Shown here: positions 29,794-41,760 of the stretch, piece by piece
How positions within the stretch are numbered: position 1 is the stretch's first letter
Layout: every line of letters begins with the position of its first letter
Source of the DNA: an uncultured Piscirickettsiaceae bacterium
GTDB taxonomy: Bacteria > Pseudomonadota > Gammaproteobacteria > GCF-002020875
Direction: 5' to 3'
DNA length: 56,931 nucleotides
NCBI GenBank assembly: GCA_964344435.1
Contig: CAYFNH010000004.1
Coordinates: forward strand, 1-56,931
Position numbers and translations under genes: made by a program
Notes under the pieces: generated by a model
What the model was told of the DNA's origin: nothing
The model's database searches: none
Seen by the model: the letters and a program-made list of their open reading frames with translations, nothing else

Positions 29794-30604
29794 GGTAGGT
29801 ACTCTCTTCTGGATTATTCTGGCTCAACTCACTCTGTCGACTCTCTCGTTTGGCCCGCCGTTTTCTCAACTCTAACAGATTGAAGACGGGCCCCCATAGG
29901 GCATAGAGCAGAAAGCCGAAAAAGAGAATCTGTGGTGGGTCCACCGAGATCAGCACCATGACCGCAACCATCACAATCATCGCCACAAAGGGGATACGAT
30001 CTTTCAGGTTGAGCTCCTTGAAGCTGTGGTAGCGGACGTTGCTGACCATCAGCACCCCCATCACCGCCGTGAGGAAGGCGGCAATTGCCCGGAACTGAGT
30101 AGTCAGGTTATCGGCCACATAACCATGCTCCACCGACACCCAGACCAGACCGGCTACCACGGCTGCCGAGGCGGGGCTGGGTAGCCCCTGAAAATATCGT
30201 TTATCAGCAATCCCCACCTGAGTGTTGAAACGGGCCAGCCGTAGTGCCGCTGCCGCAGTATAGATAAAGGCGGCAAGCCAGCCATATTTACCCAGGGTAG
30301 AGAGCCCCCAGAGATAGACCACCAGTGCCGGGGCCATACCGAAGGAGAGCATATCGGAGAGGCTGTCATATTGCGCCCCAAACGCACTCTCGGTGTTGGT
30401 CATGCGGGCAACCCGCCCATCCAGACCATCCAGCACCATGGCGATGAAGATGGCGGTAGCGGCAGCGGCAAACTCCCCCTTGATCGCGGAGATAATGGCA
30501 AAGAAACCGGCGAACAGTGCGGCCGTGGTAAACAGGTTGGGAAGCAGGTAGATGCCACGTCTTCTCTCCTGCTGCACACACGGATCTGACATATTCTTGT
30601 TCAT
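29786..30604 (-). CDS. pssA: CDP-diacylglycerol-serine O-phosphatidyltransferase
   Basis: [15 protein letters not shown]...[16 protein letters not shown] and FQGLPSP. Confidence 0.93.
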   Translation of the reverse strand: MNKNMSDPCVQQERRRGIYLLPNLFTTAALFAGFFAIISAIKGEFAAAATAIFIAMVLDGLDGRVARMTNTESAFGAQYDSLSDMLSFGMAPALVVYLWGLSTLGKYGWLAAFIYTAAAALRLARFNTQVGIADKRYFQGLPSPASAAVVAGLVWVSVEHGYVADNLTTQFRAIAAFLTAVMGVLMVSNVRYHSFKELNLKDRIPFVAMIVMVAVMVLISVDPPQILFFGFLLYALWGPVFNLLELRKRRAKRESRQSELSQNNPEESTYHE

Positions 30605-30640
30605 CTTTATATTATCTCCATAGCTTGCTGATCTCTCAAT

Positions 30641-30679
30641 AAAAAAACGCCGGACTGTTGAACTCAGTGCCGGCGTTTT
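30641..30679 (-). terminator. Intrinsic terminator after ilvC
   Basis: GC-rich hairpin (aaaacgccgg...ccggcgtttt) followed by a T7 tract on the minus strand. Confidence 0.75.
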
Positions 30680-30697
30680 GTGGAGATCGGAGAAGGG

Positions 30698-31780
<1,083 letters not shown>

Positions 31781-31822
31781 TTATCCATAAAATCGGGCGC
31801 TACCACAACGCCGGATCAAGGG

Positions 31823-32329
31823 TTATATCGATAAAACCTCGCCCCCTCGAGAGATCCCGGAGACACCGGAACGAACCACCTCCAGTATGGTGTACTTCTC
31901 CATGGCCATGATCAGGGCATTGATGCGGTTGCTGTTACCCAGCAGTTCGATGATGCAGGTCTTTTCACGCTGATCCACGATATCGGCCTCATGCGCCTCC
32001 ACCACCTTGCGCACATCGTCACAATCGACACCATCGGTACTGAGCTTGACCATCACCAGTTCACGCTCGATATGCTTTCCCTCAGTCACATCATTTACTT
32101 TAACAACATCAACCAACTTATTGAGCTGCTTATTTATTTGCTCAATAATATCTTCAGTCCCCGTGGTTACAATGGTCATCCTGGAGAGGGTTGGATCGTG
32201 TGTTGGCGCTACCGTCAGGGTCTCGATATTGAAGCCGCGGGCGGAGAACAGGCCTGCCACCCGAGAGAGTGCACCGGACTCATTTTCCAGCAACAGGGAG
32301 ATAATATGTCTTGTATCTGTACTCATCAT
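31823..32329 (-). CDS. ilvH: Acetolactate synthase small (regulatory) subunit
   Basis: ACT domain LENESGALSRVAGLFSARGFNI. AAGGAG RBS upstream. Confidence 0.94.
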   Translation of the reverse strand: MMSTDTRHIISLLLENESGALSRVAGLFSARGFNIETLTVAPTHDPTLSRMTIVTTGTEDIIEQINKQLNKLVDVVKVNDVTEGKHIERELVMVKLSTDGVDCDDVRKVVEAHEADIVDQREKTCIIELLGNSNRINALIMAMEKYTILEVVRSGVSGISRGGEVLSI

Positions 32330-32339
32330 TGGCACTCCT

Positions 32340-34037
32340 TTACACCAGGATCATCTCATTGAGACCGGCACCGGCGGGAACCATCGGATAGACGTTCTCC
32401 TCCGGATTGATGACAAAATCCATAAAGACCAGCTTGTCCTTGATCGCCAACGCCTCCTCCAGTGCACCACCCACCTCATCCGGGTTGGTGATGCGCATGC
32501 CAACATGGCCATAGGCCTCGGCCAGTTTTACGAAATCGGGCTGGTTATGTGCCTCCAGCGTCACCTCGGCATAACGGCGCTCATAGAAGAACTCCTGCCA
32601 CTGACGCACCATGCCGAGAAAGCCATTATTGAGATTGATGATCTTGATGGGCAGGCCGAACTCCTTGCAGGTTGCCAGCTCTTGAATATTCATCTGAATG
32701 CTGCCATCCCCGGTGATGGTACAGACCGTGGCATCCGGGTGGGCGAACTGGGCCCCCATCGCAGCCGGCAGTCCAAACCCCATCGTACCGAGCCCACCGG
32801 AGTTGATCCAGCGGTTGGGCTTGTCGAACTTGTAGTACTGCGCCGCAAACATCTGATGCTGTCCAACATCAGAACAAATGTATGCTTCTCCATTAGTTAC
32901 CCGATAAAGCTCTTGTAAAACATGCTGAGGATGAATCATCCCGTCATCATTTTTGTAGGCGAGACAATCCTCTCCTCGCCACTCGTTGATCTCCCGCCAC
33001 CAGTCCGCATGTTTCTCCTCGGGGATGGCGCTCTGCTGCTTCAGCAGGCTGACCATGTCGGACAACACATCCTTGACACAACCAACAATGGGCAGATCCA
33101 CCTTCACATTCTTGGAGATCGAGGAGGGATCCACATCGACATGGATAATCTTGGCCTGTGGACAGAACTTCTCGATATTGCCGGTAACGCGGTCATCAAA
33201 ACGGGCCCCGACCGCAATCAGCAGATCAGTATTGTGCATGGCCATATTGGCCTCATAGGTACCATGCATCCCCAGCATGCCGATGAACTGTTCATCGGTA
33301 GCCGGATAGCCACCCAACCCCATCGAGGTGTTGGTGACCGGTATCTTTGCCAGCCTGGCAAATTCGGTCAGCTCTGCCGCTGCATTGCCGAGAATTACAC
33401 CACCACCGGTATACAGTACCGGACGCTGTGCCAGGCTGACCATATCGACCGCCTGCTTGATCTGCTCTGGCGGTACTTCATAACGTTGCGTATAGGAGCG
33501 AATCTCGACCTGCTTGGGGTAAATGTACTCGGTTTTGAAACCGGAGATGTCCTTGGGAATATCGATCACAACCGGACCGGGCCGCCCGGTGCTGGCAATG
33601 ATAAAGGCCTTCTTCAGGGTAGTGGTCAAGGCCTCTACATCGGTGACCAGAAAGTTGTGCTTGACGCAGGAGCGGGTGATACCAACGGTATCCACCTCCT
33701 GGAAGGCATCATTCCCGATCAACGGCGTGGGCACCTGTCCGGTGATCACCACCAACGGAATCGAGTCCATATAGGCGGTGGCGATCCCGGTCACTGCATT
33801 GGTTGCCCCCGGTCCCGAGGTGACCAACACCACCCCGGGTTTTCCGCTGGAGCGTGCGTAACCATCTGCAGCATGAACCGCACCCTGCTCATGACGGGTC
33901 AGAATGTGCTTGACGGCATCCTGACGATAGATCGCGTCATAAATGTGGAGCACAGCCCCACCAGGATAGCCGAAAACATACTCTACACCCTCATCCTTGA
34001 GGAACTCTGTAACAATCTCTGCGCCCGTCAATTCCAC
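32340..34037 (-). CDS. ilvI: Acetolactate synthase large subunit
   Basis: FGYPGG, RHEQGA, TSGPGATN, GARFDDR and TPP-binding GDG motif. Confidence 0.95.
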   Translation of the reverse strand: MELTGAEIVTEFLKDEGVEYVFGYPGGAVLHIYDAIYRQDAVKHILTRHEQGAVHAADGYARSSGKPGVVLVTSGPGATNAVTGIATAYMDSIPLVVITGQVPTPLIGNDAFQEVDTVGITRSCVKHNFLVTDVEALTTTLKKAFIIASTGRPGPVVIDIPKDISGFKTEYIYPKQVEIRSYTQRYEVPPEQIKQAVDMVSLAQRPVLYTGGGVILGNAAAELTEFARLAKIPVTNTSMGLGGYPATDEQFIGMLGMHGTYEANMAMHNTDLLIAVGARFDDRVTGNIEKFCPQAKIIHVDVDPSSISKNVKVDLPIVGCVKDVLSDMVSLLKQQSAIPEEKHADWWREINEWRGEDCLAYKNDDGMIHPQHVLQELYRVTNGEAYICSDVGQHQMFAAQYYKFDKPNRWINSGGLGTMGFGLPAAMGAQFAHPDATVCTITGDGSIQMNIQELATCKEFGLPIKIINLNNGFLGMVRQWQEFFYERRYAEVTLEAHNQPDFVKLAEAYGHVGMRITNPDEVGGALEEALAIKDKLVFMDFVINPEENVYPMVPAGAGLNEMILV

Positions 34038-34081
34038 TTTTTTGCCTCTATCGCTATATGATTACCAGTCGATTTTACGTA

Positions 34082-34162
34082 TTATTTGCGCCCCACTACT
34101 ACTGCTGGTGTATTGCTGGTGATGACACTTTTTTCATGAACCACTAATATTGCCTGTTTCAT
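34082..34162 (-). promoter_or_regulatory. Candidate ilv leader peptide MKQAILVVHEKSVITSNTPAVVVGRK
   Basis: 26-aa uORF with 9 Ile/Leu/Val codons including a VVV run, ending 44 nt before ilvI. Confidence 0.55.
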
Positions 34163-34256
34163 AAAATTGAAACAAGATGAAATTTGACTTTTTTGCCTGT
34201 TTATCCGTTCTCTTTCTCCATAAAGAACATCAGGTTATTTTCATACCGAGAGCAAC

Positions 34257-34601
34257 ATGCCCTATCTGAAGATTGAAACCAATATCAGCCTCACCTATGA
34301 GCAGAAAGAGACACTAATGAGTAGCTGTTCACAACTGCTGGCACAACTGTTACAGAAACCGGAGGGCTACGTAATGGTCTCGGTTCGAGCCGGTGCCCAT
34401 ATGCTTTTTGGCGGCACCACCGATCCCTGCAGCTACCTCGAGTTCAAGAGTCTGGGACTGCCCGAATCCTCCACTCCGGTCTTCTCCGAGGCGGTAAGTA
34501 AACTGCTCAGCGAACAGACCGGTATCGACAAGCGTAGAATCTATATCGAGTTCTCTGCTCCCGAACATCATCTGTGGGGCTGGAACGGCGGCACTTTTTA
34601 A
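34257..34601 (+). CDS. MIF-like tautomerase family protein
   Basis: Catalytic Pro after Met (MPYLKIETN), KPEGYV, and C-terminal WGWNGGTF. Confidence 0.88.
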   Translation: MPYLKIETNISLTYEQKETLMSSCSQLLAQLLQKPEGYVMVSVRAGAHMLFGGTTDPCSYLEFKSLGLPESSTPVFSEAVSKLLSEQTGIDKRRIYIEFSAPEHHLWGWNGGTF

Positions 34602-34657
34602 TTACAACTTTCAGATAACTCCTGAGTTAAGTTACCTGTTTTTAAGGATAACCATCC

Positions 34658-36367
34658 ATGCGCACCTCCCAATTCCTTCTCGCCACCGTTAAAGAGACGC
34701 CTGCCGAAGCAGAGGTCATCAGCCATCAGTTGATGATTCGTGCCGGCATGATCCGCAAGCTCGCCTCTGGCCTCTACTCCTGGCTGCCGACAGGGTTGCG
34801 AACACTGCGCAAGGTTGAAAACATCATTCGTGAGGAGATGGATCGCTCCGGCGCTCAGGAGCTGTTGATGCCGGTGGTACAACCTGCTGAATTGTGGGAG
34901 GAGTCGGGACGCTGGGAACAGTATGGCCCTGAGCTGCTCCGCTTCAAGGATCGTCACCAGCGGGATTTTCTGCTTGGCCCCACCCATGAAGAGGTGATTA
35001 CCGAAATTGCCCGCAAGGAGATTCGCAGCTATCGCCAGCTCCCCATCAACCTCTATCAGGTTCAGACCAAATTTCGCGACGAGATCCGCCCCCGTTTCGG
35101 TGTGATGCGCTCCCGCGAATTCATCATGAAAGATGGCTACTCCTTCCACCTTGACCAGGCGTCGTTGCAACAGACCTACCAAGTGATGTATGACACCTAC
35201 AGTCGCATCTTCAGCCGCATGGGTCTCCACTTCCGTCCGGTCGATGCCGATACCGGCTCCATTGGTGGCAGTGCCTCACACGAGTTTCATGTACTGGCCG
35301 ACTCTGGTGAGGATGCAATCGCCTTCTCCAACCAGAGTAAATATGCCGCCAACGTCGAACTGGCCGAGGCACTGGCACCCGCTGGTTCCCGTGCCGAAGC
35401 GAATGCCGAAATGGAGAAGGTAGCCACCCCCGAGAGCAAAACCATTGAAGAGGTCTCCAGCTTTCTCAAGGTCGATGCCACGCAGACCCTCAAGACCCTG
35501 CTGGTAGCCGGTGCGGATGCCCCCGCCGTGGCACTGGTGGTGCGTGGAGACCATGAGCTGAATGAGATCAAGGCAGAGAAACACCCGCTGGTCGCCGCCC
35601 CACTACAGTTCCTTGAACACGAGGCAATCCGTACGTCAACCGGAGCCTCTGCCGGATCACTGGGACCGATTGGACTGGAGATCCCGGTGATCGTCGACCG
35701 CACGGCAGCCCACTGCGCCAACTTTGTCTGTGGTGCCAATGAGGACGGGTTCCACCTCACTGGCGTCAACTGGGGGCGTGACCTGCCGGAGCCATCCGAG
35801 ATTGCCGACCTGCGCAGTGTGGTGGAGGGAGACCCCAGCCCCGACGGAGAGGGCACACTTAACATCGCCCGCGGCATCGAGGTGGGACACATCTTCCAAC
35901 TCGGCACCAAATACAGCGAGGCGATGAAGGCAACCGTGCTCGGTGAGAATGGCAAGGCCCTCACCATGACCATGGGCTGTTACGGCATCGGCGTTACCCG
36001 TGTGGTTGCCGCCGCCATCGAACAGAACCATGACCAGCATGGGATCATCTGGCCAGAGGCGATCGCCCCCTTCACAGTGGCCCTGCTGCCGATGAACATG
36101 CACAAATCCCACCGCCTGCGGGAGAAGGTGGAAGAGATCTATCAACAGCTACTGGAGGCCGGTATCGATGTCATTCTGGATGATCGCAAAGAGCGCCCCG
36201 GTATCATGTTCGCCGATATGGAGCTGATCGGAATCCCACACCGTCTGGTACTGGGGGATCGGGGGCTCGACAACAACCTCATCGAGTACAAGGGGCGTAC
36301 CGACAAGGAGAGCGAAGAGGTTGCGCTGGATCAGATCCTGCCATTCCTCAAAGAGCGGATGGCCTGA
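34658..36367 (+). CDS. proS: Proline-tRNA ligase (long form with editing insertion)
   Basis: [29 protein letters not shown] and MGCYGIG. Confidence 0.97.
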   Translation: MRTSQFLLATVKETPAEAEVISHQLMIRAGMIRKLASGLYSWLPTGLRTLRKVENIIREEMDRSGAQELLMPVVQPAELWEESGRWEQYGPELLRFKDRHQRDFLLGPTHEEVITEIARKEIRSYRQLPINLYQVQTKFRDEIRPRFGVMRSREFIMKDGYSFHLDQASLQQTYQVMYDTYSRIFSRMGLHFRPVDADTGSIGGSASHEFHVLADSGEDAIAFSNQSKYAANVELAEALAPAGSRAEANAEMEKVATPESKTIEEVSSFLKVDATQTLKTLLVAGADAPAVALVVRGDHELNEIKAEKHPLVAAPLQFLEHEAIRTSTGASAGSLGPIGLEIPVIVDRTAAHCANFVCGANEDGFHLTGVNWGRDLPEPSEIADLRSVVEGDPSPDGEGTLNIARGIEVGHIFQLGTKYSEAMKATVLGENGKALTMTMGCYGIGVTRVVAAAIEQNHDQHGIIWPEAIAPFTVALLPMNMHKSHRLREKVEEIYQQLLEAGIDVILDDRKERPGIMFADMELIGIPHRLVLGDRGLDNNLIEYKGRTDKESEEVALDQILPFLKERMA

Positions 36368-36382
36368 CAGACTGGTAATAAG

Positions 36383-37660
36383 TTACCAGCGCGCTACCGC
36401 CATGAGGTAGAGGCTGGATAGGGTCAGAAAGAGCAGCATCAGCGGTAGCCCCCACTGCAGATAGGTACGAAAATCGAGCACCATCTCCTGCTGCTCATCT
36501 CCCTTGAAGTATCGATTGAAATGGCTTTCCGCAATTGCACCGGCAGTAGCCCCGGTCAGAGCTCCGGATGAACCGGCCAGCACCCCCAGCGAAAGCGCCC
36601 ACCAGATTGCCACATCAGGGGTTAGCTGATAGAGCTGTGTCGCCAGGGGAATGAAGAACGCAGTCGATGGCCCGGCATTGAGAAACAGGGTAGCGATGGC
36701 TGCTACCCACATCAAACCAATCAGCTGAGCCAGATGGGTATCCCCAAAGAGAGCGATCAGCTCCAGCAGGGCGGCGGTCAACCCACTCGCGGTGAGCGCT
36801 CCAACCATCACAAAGAGTGCTGCAAAGAAGAGGATATCGCTGAAGCCAGCCACCGTTGCAATTCGATCTTCGGGCCAACGCCCGGCATAGAGCCCTATCG
36901 CTCCCACCACCAGGGCAACCCAGCCCGGCCGAAACTCCAACCAATCTGCCAACAGAAATCCGACCAAAGCGACCAGCAACAGCCCCCTGCCCAGATTGAA
37001 AAGACGTTGATCCACCACTACCGCCTCAAAGGTCAGCCCCTGTCCGGTTCGCTGCTGTGGCTCACGTTGCAGCTGACTCTGAAAATAGAGCAGGGTCACC
37101 ACCAGCAGCAACAGTGCCGGCACCATCATCCCTCCAATAAAGTCGAGGAAGTGTAGCTCTCCTGCAGAGGCAATCATCATATTGGGGAAATCCCCCACCA
37201 TGGTTGAGGCCCCACCCAGATTGGAGGCGACAACCTCGGCAATCAACACCGGTACCGGGTTGAGTTGTAGCTTACGATAGACCTTGAGGGTAACCGGCAG
37301 CAGTACCAACATCGCCGCAAGGTTGTTAATGGTCAGGGACAATAGATAGGTGCTGAGGACAAAAAGAATCCAGAGTGAGTGGCCACCATCACCACCACGG
37401 CGACCAATCCGCTGTGCAACATGATCGAACCAGCCTGATTCAGACAGCAGCGAGGAGATCACCGACATCCCAAAGATCAGCAGCAGGGTTTCGAAATAGA
37501 TCGACTCCAGTGCCATCCTGATAGTGTAATCCCCGCTGAGCAACCCGCTGAGCAACAGCACACCCGCCCCCAGCAGCACCGCAAGCTGCCGTGACACCCG
37601 ATTGAGAAAGAGCAGATAAAAGACCACAAAGAAGAGTAGCAGATTGATCAACAGCATCAT
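36383..37660 (-). CDS. mamN: Magnetosome protein MamN (ArsB/NhaD-family transporter)
   Basis: About 11 TMs with NNLAAML and SNLGGASTMVGDFPNMMIA. Co-oriented with mamO and mamP. Confidence 0.78.
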   Translation of the reverse strand: MMLLINLLLFFVVFYLLFLNRVSRQLAVLLGAGVLLLSGLLSGDYTIRMALESIYFETLLLIFGMSVISSLLSESGWFDHVAQRIGRRGGDGGHSLWILFVLSTYLLSLTINNLAAMLVLLPVTLKVYRKLQLNPVPVLIAEVVASNLGGASTMVGDFPNMMIASAGELHFLDFIGGMMVPALLLLVVTLLYFQSQLQREPQQRTGQGLTFEAVVVDQRLFNLGRGLLLVALVGFLLADWLEFRPGWVALVVGAIGLYAGRWPEDRIATVAGFSDILFFAALFVMVGALTASGLTAALLELIALFGDTHLAQLIGLMWVAAIATLFLNAGPSTAFFIPLATQLYQLTPDVAIWWALSLGVLAGSSGALTGATAGAIAESHFNRYFKGDEQQEMVLDFRTYLQWGLPLMLLFLTLSSLYLMAVARW

Positions 37661-37694
37661 GCAGTGCTTCTTCTATACAGGCAGTCCAGCAGGG

Positions 37695-38420
37695 CTAGCG
37701 TATCGTGTGGCAGGCAATACAGGGGCCACGATCATTGTGCGGCATATCTCTGGTCTGCACCTGCTGCTGGGTGATGTGCGGAGGAGGCAGAATAATCAGA
37801 TCCGGGTCCGGCATGGTAAAGCTGCCATCACCAATGGTGTGACAGTCGGTACAAGGGCCACGATAGGCGTGTGGTCGTGGATCGCCCGGAAGAATCATCG
37901 GAGCCCCTTCCGCCTGGGCAAAACCAAGCTCCAGCTGTGCGCGGATGATATAGACATTGCGTCGCATTGAGTAACGCCCGTTATTGTCCCGTTCTTCCCC
38001 CTTGCGCATCACCGTTACTGCAGCATGACGCAGATTCTTGACCTGGCGGCTGGCGGCAACGAAGCTCTCCAGATCCGTTACCGGAACATCCTTTACCGCC
38101 ACAATGATGTCACCGCCCAACATGCCACTAAGCGCCGCATTCAGGGTCACCTCATTGATGATGACGCCCTGCATTCCGTGTGGATAACCCAGCTGCTTGC
38201 GCAGCTCGGAGGTCAGCTTCATCACATCCATCCCCTGCCAATGGGCTTCATAGAGCTTCATCTTCGAGGGTATGAAATTTCCACTGCCGGGCCCCGCCAG
38301 GTTATAGACCTGATCTACCGGGGCAATCGCATCAACAGGGTTGTTCGCTGCTTGAACCGAAAAAAATGTAGCCGCTGCACAGACAGCACTCAATAACCGG
38401 ACAGGCAGTTTCAGCATCAT
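37695..38420 (-). CDS. mamP: Magnetosome protein MamP (PDZ plus two magnetochromes)
   Basis: EAHWQGM, PDZ domain, LGFAQAEGAPMI, PH.YRGPCTDCH and PH.DRGPCIACH. Confidence 0.93.
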   Translation of the reverse strand: MMLKLPVRLLSAVCAAATFFSVQAANNPVDAIAPVDQVYNLAGPGSGNFIPSKMKLYEAHWQGMDVMKLTSELRKQLGYPHGMQGVIINEVTLNAALSGMLGGDIIVAVKDVPVTDLESFVAASRQVKNLRHAAVTVMRKGEERDNNGRYSMRRNVYIIRAQLELGFAQAEGAPMILPGDPRPHAYRGPCTDCHTIGDGSFTMPDPDLIILPPPHITQQQVQTRDMPHNDRGPCIACHTIR

Positions 38421-38421
38421 C

Positions 38422-40482
38422 TTACTGCAGCAGTAGCAGGGCGGCAGCCACTGCACCCATGATGCCGATAAAGGTCCAGCGCTGCTGAGTCACCGTAGTA
38501 CGCTGCTGAAAACGATACCCAAGAAAACCACCACCGTAGGTGCTGGGCACCAGAATCATGGCCAGAGTCAGCGGTGTCTGCCACTCGAACGAACCAATAG
38601 AGACTCCATATCCGAGCGAAACCAGAGTTGCCGTCAATGAGGCCCAGAACACCATCACAATGGCATTGGCGCGGGCATTCTCTGCGGAGAGCCCGGCATA
38701 CTTGCGTTGGAAGAACTGCTCTACCACACCACCACTCACACCCAGCAGACCGGTCAGGATTCCAAGAGGGCCTCCCATAATCGGAGAGGTTGCCCAGCCT
38801 CCACGCTGCTCTTTCTCCTCTGAATCAAGCAGAAAGTTGTCAATCCTCTCATCCTGACTTTTGGCAACAGGGCGCACATATGACTCTGGCTCATCAAGGT
38901 CACCACGCAGTTCGAAATAGACCACAACAGCCATCGCCAGTGCAAAACCACCCAACAGATAGCCGATTACATGATCATACAGATTGTGCCCAAGGAAGTA
39001 GCCAAACACGGCCCCGACAATGGTCGCCGGTAGCAGCTCCTTGATACGTCGGGTGATCACCACACCGGCAAAGAGCTGACGCAATGCCGCCAGGCCATAG
39101 GTAAACAGGTTGGTGATATAGATTACCGGTCGAACCATATAGACCCCATAGCCAAATACCAGCATCATTCCGGCCACTGCAACAATTCCCCCCCCCATCG
39201 GCACCAGGGTGCCCACTGCCCCTGCCACGACACCGAGAATAATGAGTCCCAGAATTGCATCCAGCTTGTAAAAGCCAAGATCGAAACTGGAATCATGTTC
39301 CAGGTCAATCAGGCTCACCGAGTCGCCTGGCGCACCAATATGTGCCACCCGTTGCTGACCAGGCACAGGCTGAGTGGTTACGGCAGCAACATTTTGTGTC
39401 AAGAGCGTGTTTTGTCGACTCTGCTGCTGCATCTCATTGGCCACAGCAAGCTTCTCCTGACGCACCTGCTGACGAGCATTATCCCACCAGGCCGCCGCCA
39501 TCCCTTTCGCACCCGCAGCTTGTCCACCATTCAGCCCGGTATCTGGTGCAGTCGCAGGCTTCTTCGTACCCTGCTGTCCCCCTTTCTGGCTGAGGTCGAC
39601 CACATCCTGAAAGTGGGCACGAATCACATGCGCAGGGACGATAAAGCCCTCTGCCTCCCCCCCTTGACCCTGCAGCAACAGCCCCACTCCCACCAGCTCT
39701 GCCTGCGGGTTGACCACGGCACCACCACCCTGCTCCCAGCGCAGCATCGCATTGGTCTGCATCAGATGGGTAATTGAATTCTCCCCTACCTGCCTCACCA
39801 GCCCCCGCTGTTGCAACACTCCCGGGCTTGCGACCACACCGCCCTGTGCATCCTTACCGATTGAAGTCAACTGACTCTGCAATGCGGTGTTGCTGCTATC
39901 GGCCAGCTTGAGGTAGAGAAAGCGATCGTTGGTAACCATCTTCAGCAGCACCAGATCATGTGTCGGGTGCTTCTTCACAATCTCGGTCTTGTAGAGACGG
40001 GTGCTGCTCCCGGATGCCACCTTGACCTGCAGCTGATCCGGATTCATCACACTGTGCAGGGTGGTGATCACGTAACCATCTGGGTGCACCAGTACTCCTG
40101 AGGCCACCATGCCCAGCTGCTGGTGCCAAATGGAAACCACTGCCGAGGCCGATGGCCCCACCAGATCTTGTGTTGCGCCAGCAACCGGCAACCCACCCGC
40201 AAGCCCGCTTTGAGGCATCGTGTCTGATGAGAGAGATGAGAAGAAGTGGCTCACGGCATAGTGCTCCATCTCATACTCATCGTCAAAATCGACATCATGC
40301 AGATAGAGTGCCCAACCAAACAGCATCAATGCAGCCAGCGGCAACAGCGCAAGCATCAACTGCCAGGGTCTTTTACAAAATACGATTCGGTTCTCTAGCG
40401 CCTGTTTCATCTCAAAATCTGAATCTGAATGCTGTTCCGGTAGAGACCCCTCTCTCAAGGGGCTCTCTCCAGGAACAGACAA
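38422..40482 (-). CDS. mamO: Magnetosome protein MamO (pseudo-protease plus TauE domain)
   Basis: IVFCKRPW, a TM, a trypsin fold lacking the catalytic Ser (WEQGGG), and a C-terminal TauE-like multi-TM domain. Confidence 0.92.
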   Translation of the reverse strand: MSVPGESPLREGSLPEQHSDSDFEMKQALENRIVFCKRPWQLMLALLPLAALMLFGWALYLHDVDFDDEYEMEHYAVSHFFSSLSSDTMPQSGLAGGLPVAGATQDLVGPSASAVVSIWHQQLGMVASGVLVHPDGYVITTLHSVMNPDQLQVKVASGSSTRLYKTEIVKKHPTHDLVLLKMVTNDRFLYLKLADSSNTALQSQLTSIGKDAQGGVVASPGVLQQRGLVRQVGENSITHLMQTNAMLRWEQGGGAVVNPQAELVGVGLLLQGQGGEAEGFIVPAHVIRAHFQDVVDLSQKGGQQGTKKPATAPDTGLNGGQAAGAKGMAAAWWDNARQQVRQEKLAVANEMQQQSRQNTLLTQNVAAVTTQPVPGQQRVAHIGAPGDSVSLIDLEHDSSFDLGFYKLDAILGLIILGVVAGAVGTLVPMGGGIVAVAGMMLVFGYGVYMVRPVIYITNLFTYGLAALRQLFAGVVITRRIKELLPATIVGAVFGYFLGHNLYDHVIGYLLGGFALAMAVVVYFELRGDLDEPESYVRPVAKSQDERIDNFLLDSEEKEQRGGWATSPIMGGPLGILTGLLGVSGGVVEQFFQRKYAGLSAENARANAIVMVFWASLTATLVSLGYGVSIGSFEWQTPLTLAMILVPSTYGGGFLGYRFQQRTTVTQQRWTFIGIMGAVAAALLLLQ

Positions 40483-40541
40483 AGCCCCTGCAAGGCAACC
40501 AGCCTCTACAGGGGCAGATACCCATTAACTCAGGGCCTGAA

Positions 40542-40907
40542 TCAGCCCTCTACACCCTCTTCCAGTATCTCGTCGGCCTCATCACGGTCACGCAGGCGCA
40601 GCTCCAGCTGTTCCATGCTACGGTCATACGCATACTTGGCACCGGTAGCAGCAACCAGGGCAGTTCCCAGGGAAACAGCCAAACCACCACCCACGGCACC
40701 CGCTGCCACTGCACTGAATGCAGTTGCCAGACCCGCTCCCAATCCCTCTTTACCGGTATCGTAAAGCGCGTCTTTAGTCTCTACCAGGCCATCACGGTGA
40801 TCCTTGATGTTCTTTGCGGCGGCCCCGGAGGCACCCACTACGGCACCCAGAACCCCTACACCGGAAGCACTCTGTGCCAGATACTGTGCCAAATTGAATG
40901 TTGCCAT
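40542..40907 (-). CDS. mamC: Magnetosome protein MamC/Mms13
   Basis: FNLAQYLAQSASGVGVLGAVVG, two Gly/Ala-rich TMs joined by an acidic loop. Confidence 0.88.
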   Translation of the reverse strand: MATFNLAQYLAQSASGVGVLGAVVGASGAAAKNIKDHRDGLVETKDALYDTGKEGLGAGLATAFSAVAAGAVGGGLAVSLGTALVAATGAKYAYDRSMEQLELRLRDRDEADEILEEGVEG

Positions 40908-41067
40908 ATTTCCTCTCCTGTTTTCTGGATATTGTTCTGTTGTTTATCTTCGGTTGTTATCGATCCGCCTCGCCGTAGCACGGCGGAGCCGCAAGCAGTC
41001 AATGCATTAAACCATGCCCCCTGACAATTGGCAATTATCGCTCCATCTCTCTGTCACTACCACAACA

Positions 41068-41664
41068 CTAAAAGAGCATCAGATCATCTGCATCCTTGTT
41101 GCCATATGCCTTGGCCTCTTCAATGGCCTCCTCCTTGCTCGCGCCACGCAACAGGGCCTCGAAGAGTACGCGCCCCTCCTCCATGGTAAAGGAGTGGTAT
41201 ACCTCGTTCTGCAGTGTCTTCCACTCGGTGGGGTTGTAGAGTCGCTCCTGATTCCCGACCAGGTCCGCCGTGTGTTCCAGACTCCTTGCGATGTGGTTCA
41301 ACTGCTGGGTCAGACGATCGTAGAATTGAAAGCTGACCACGGCGCTCTTGAGATCATAAATCACCCGGTCACACTTTTCGTCCAGACGCTGCAGCATACC
41401 CTGGTACTCGGTTCCACAGCTTTCCGGAATCTCACCATCCACATTGCGGGCAATCTTCTTGATATCCTGCATATAGCGGTCCATATTGGTGAATGCCTCT
41501 ATCAGTGAACCGATGGACTCATCTCCAGCAGACATTGAGTATTCAATTGCTGAAACCCCTACACGAAACATTCTTACCGTCTCACGCACCTGGCTCCAGT
41601 CCAGATCGGGTCTCTCTGAAGAGGAGGGGCTGTTTTTTAATTCACTCATACCAGGTTCAGTCAC
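41068..41664 (-). CDS. Helical protein with CheZ-like DxxxQ motif
   Basis: FQFYDRLTQQL and an acidic C-terminal tail ending in F (DADDLMLF). Confidence 0.6.
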   Translation of the reverse strand: MTEPGMSELKNSPSSSERPDLDWSQVRETVRMFRVGVSAIEYSMSAGDESIGSLIEAFTNMDRYMQDIKKIARNVDGEIPESCGTEYQGMLQRLDEKCDRVIYDLKSAVVSFQFYDRLTQQLNHIARSLEHTADLVGNQERLYNPTEWKTLQNEVYHSFTMEEGRVLFEALLRGASKEEAIEEAKAYGNKDADDLMLF

Positions 41665-41760
41665 TTGAAATGGATAAATAATCTTCCAATTCTAGCATGT
41701 GCAATATCCGCTGCACAGATACAGCAAGCGCTTCTTTGTCCACTTTTTGAGCCCCCTATA

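Noticed and set aside
40260..40300. Acidic HDVDFDDEYEMEH patch in MamO as a novelty
   Set aside because: A similar acidic stretch follows the first TM in known MamO proteins, as far as I recall.
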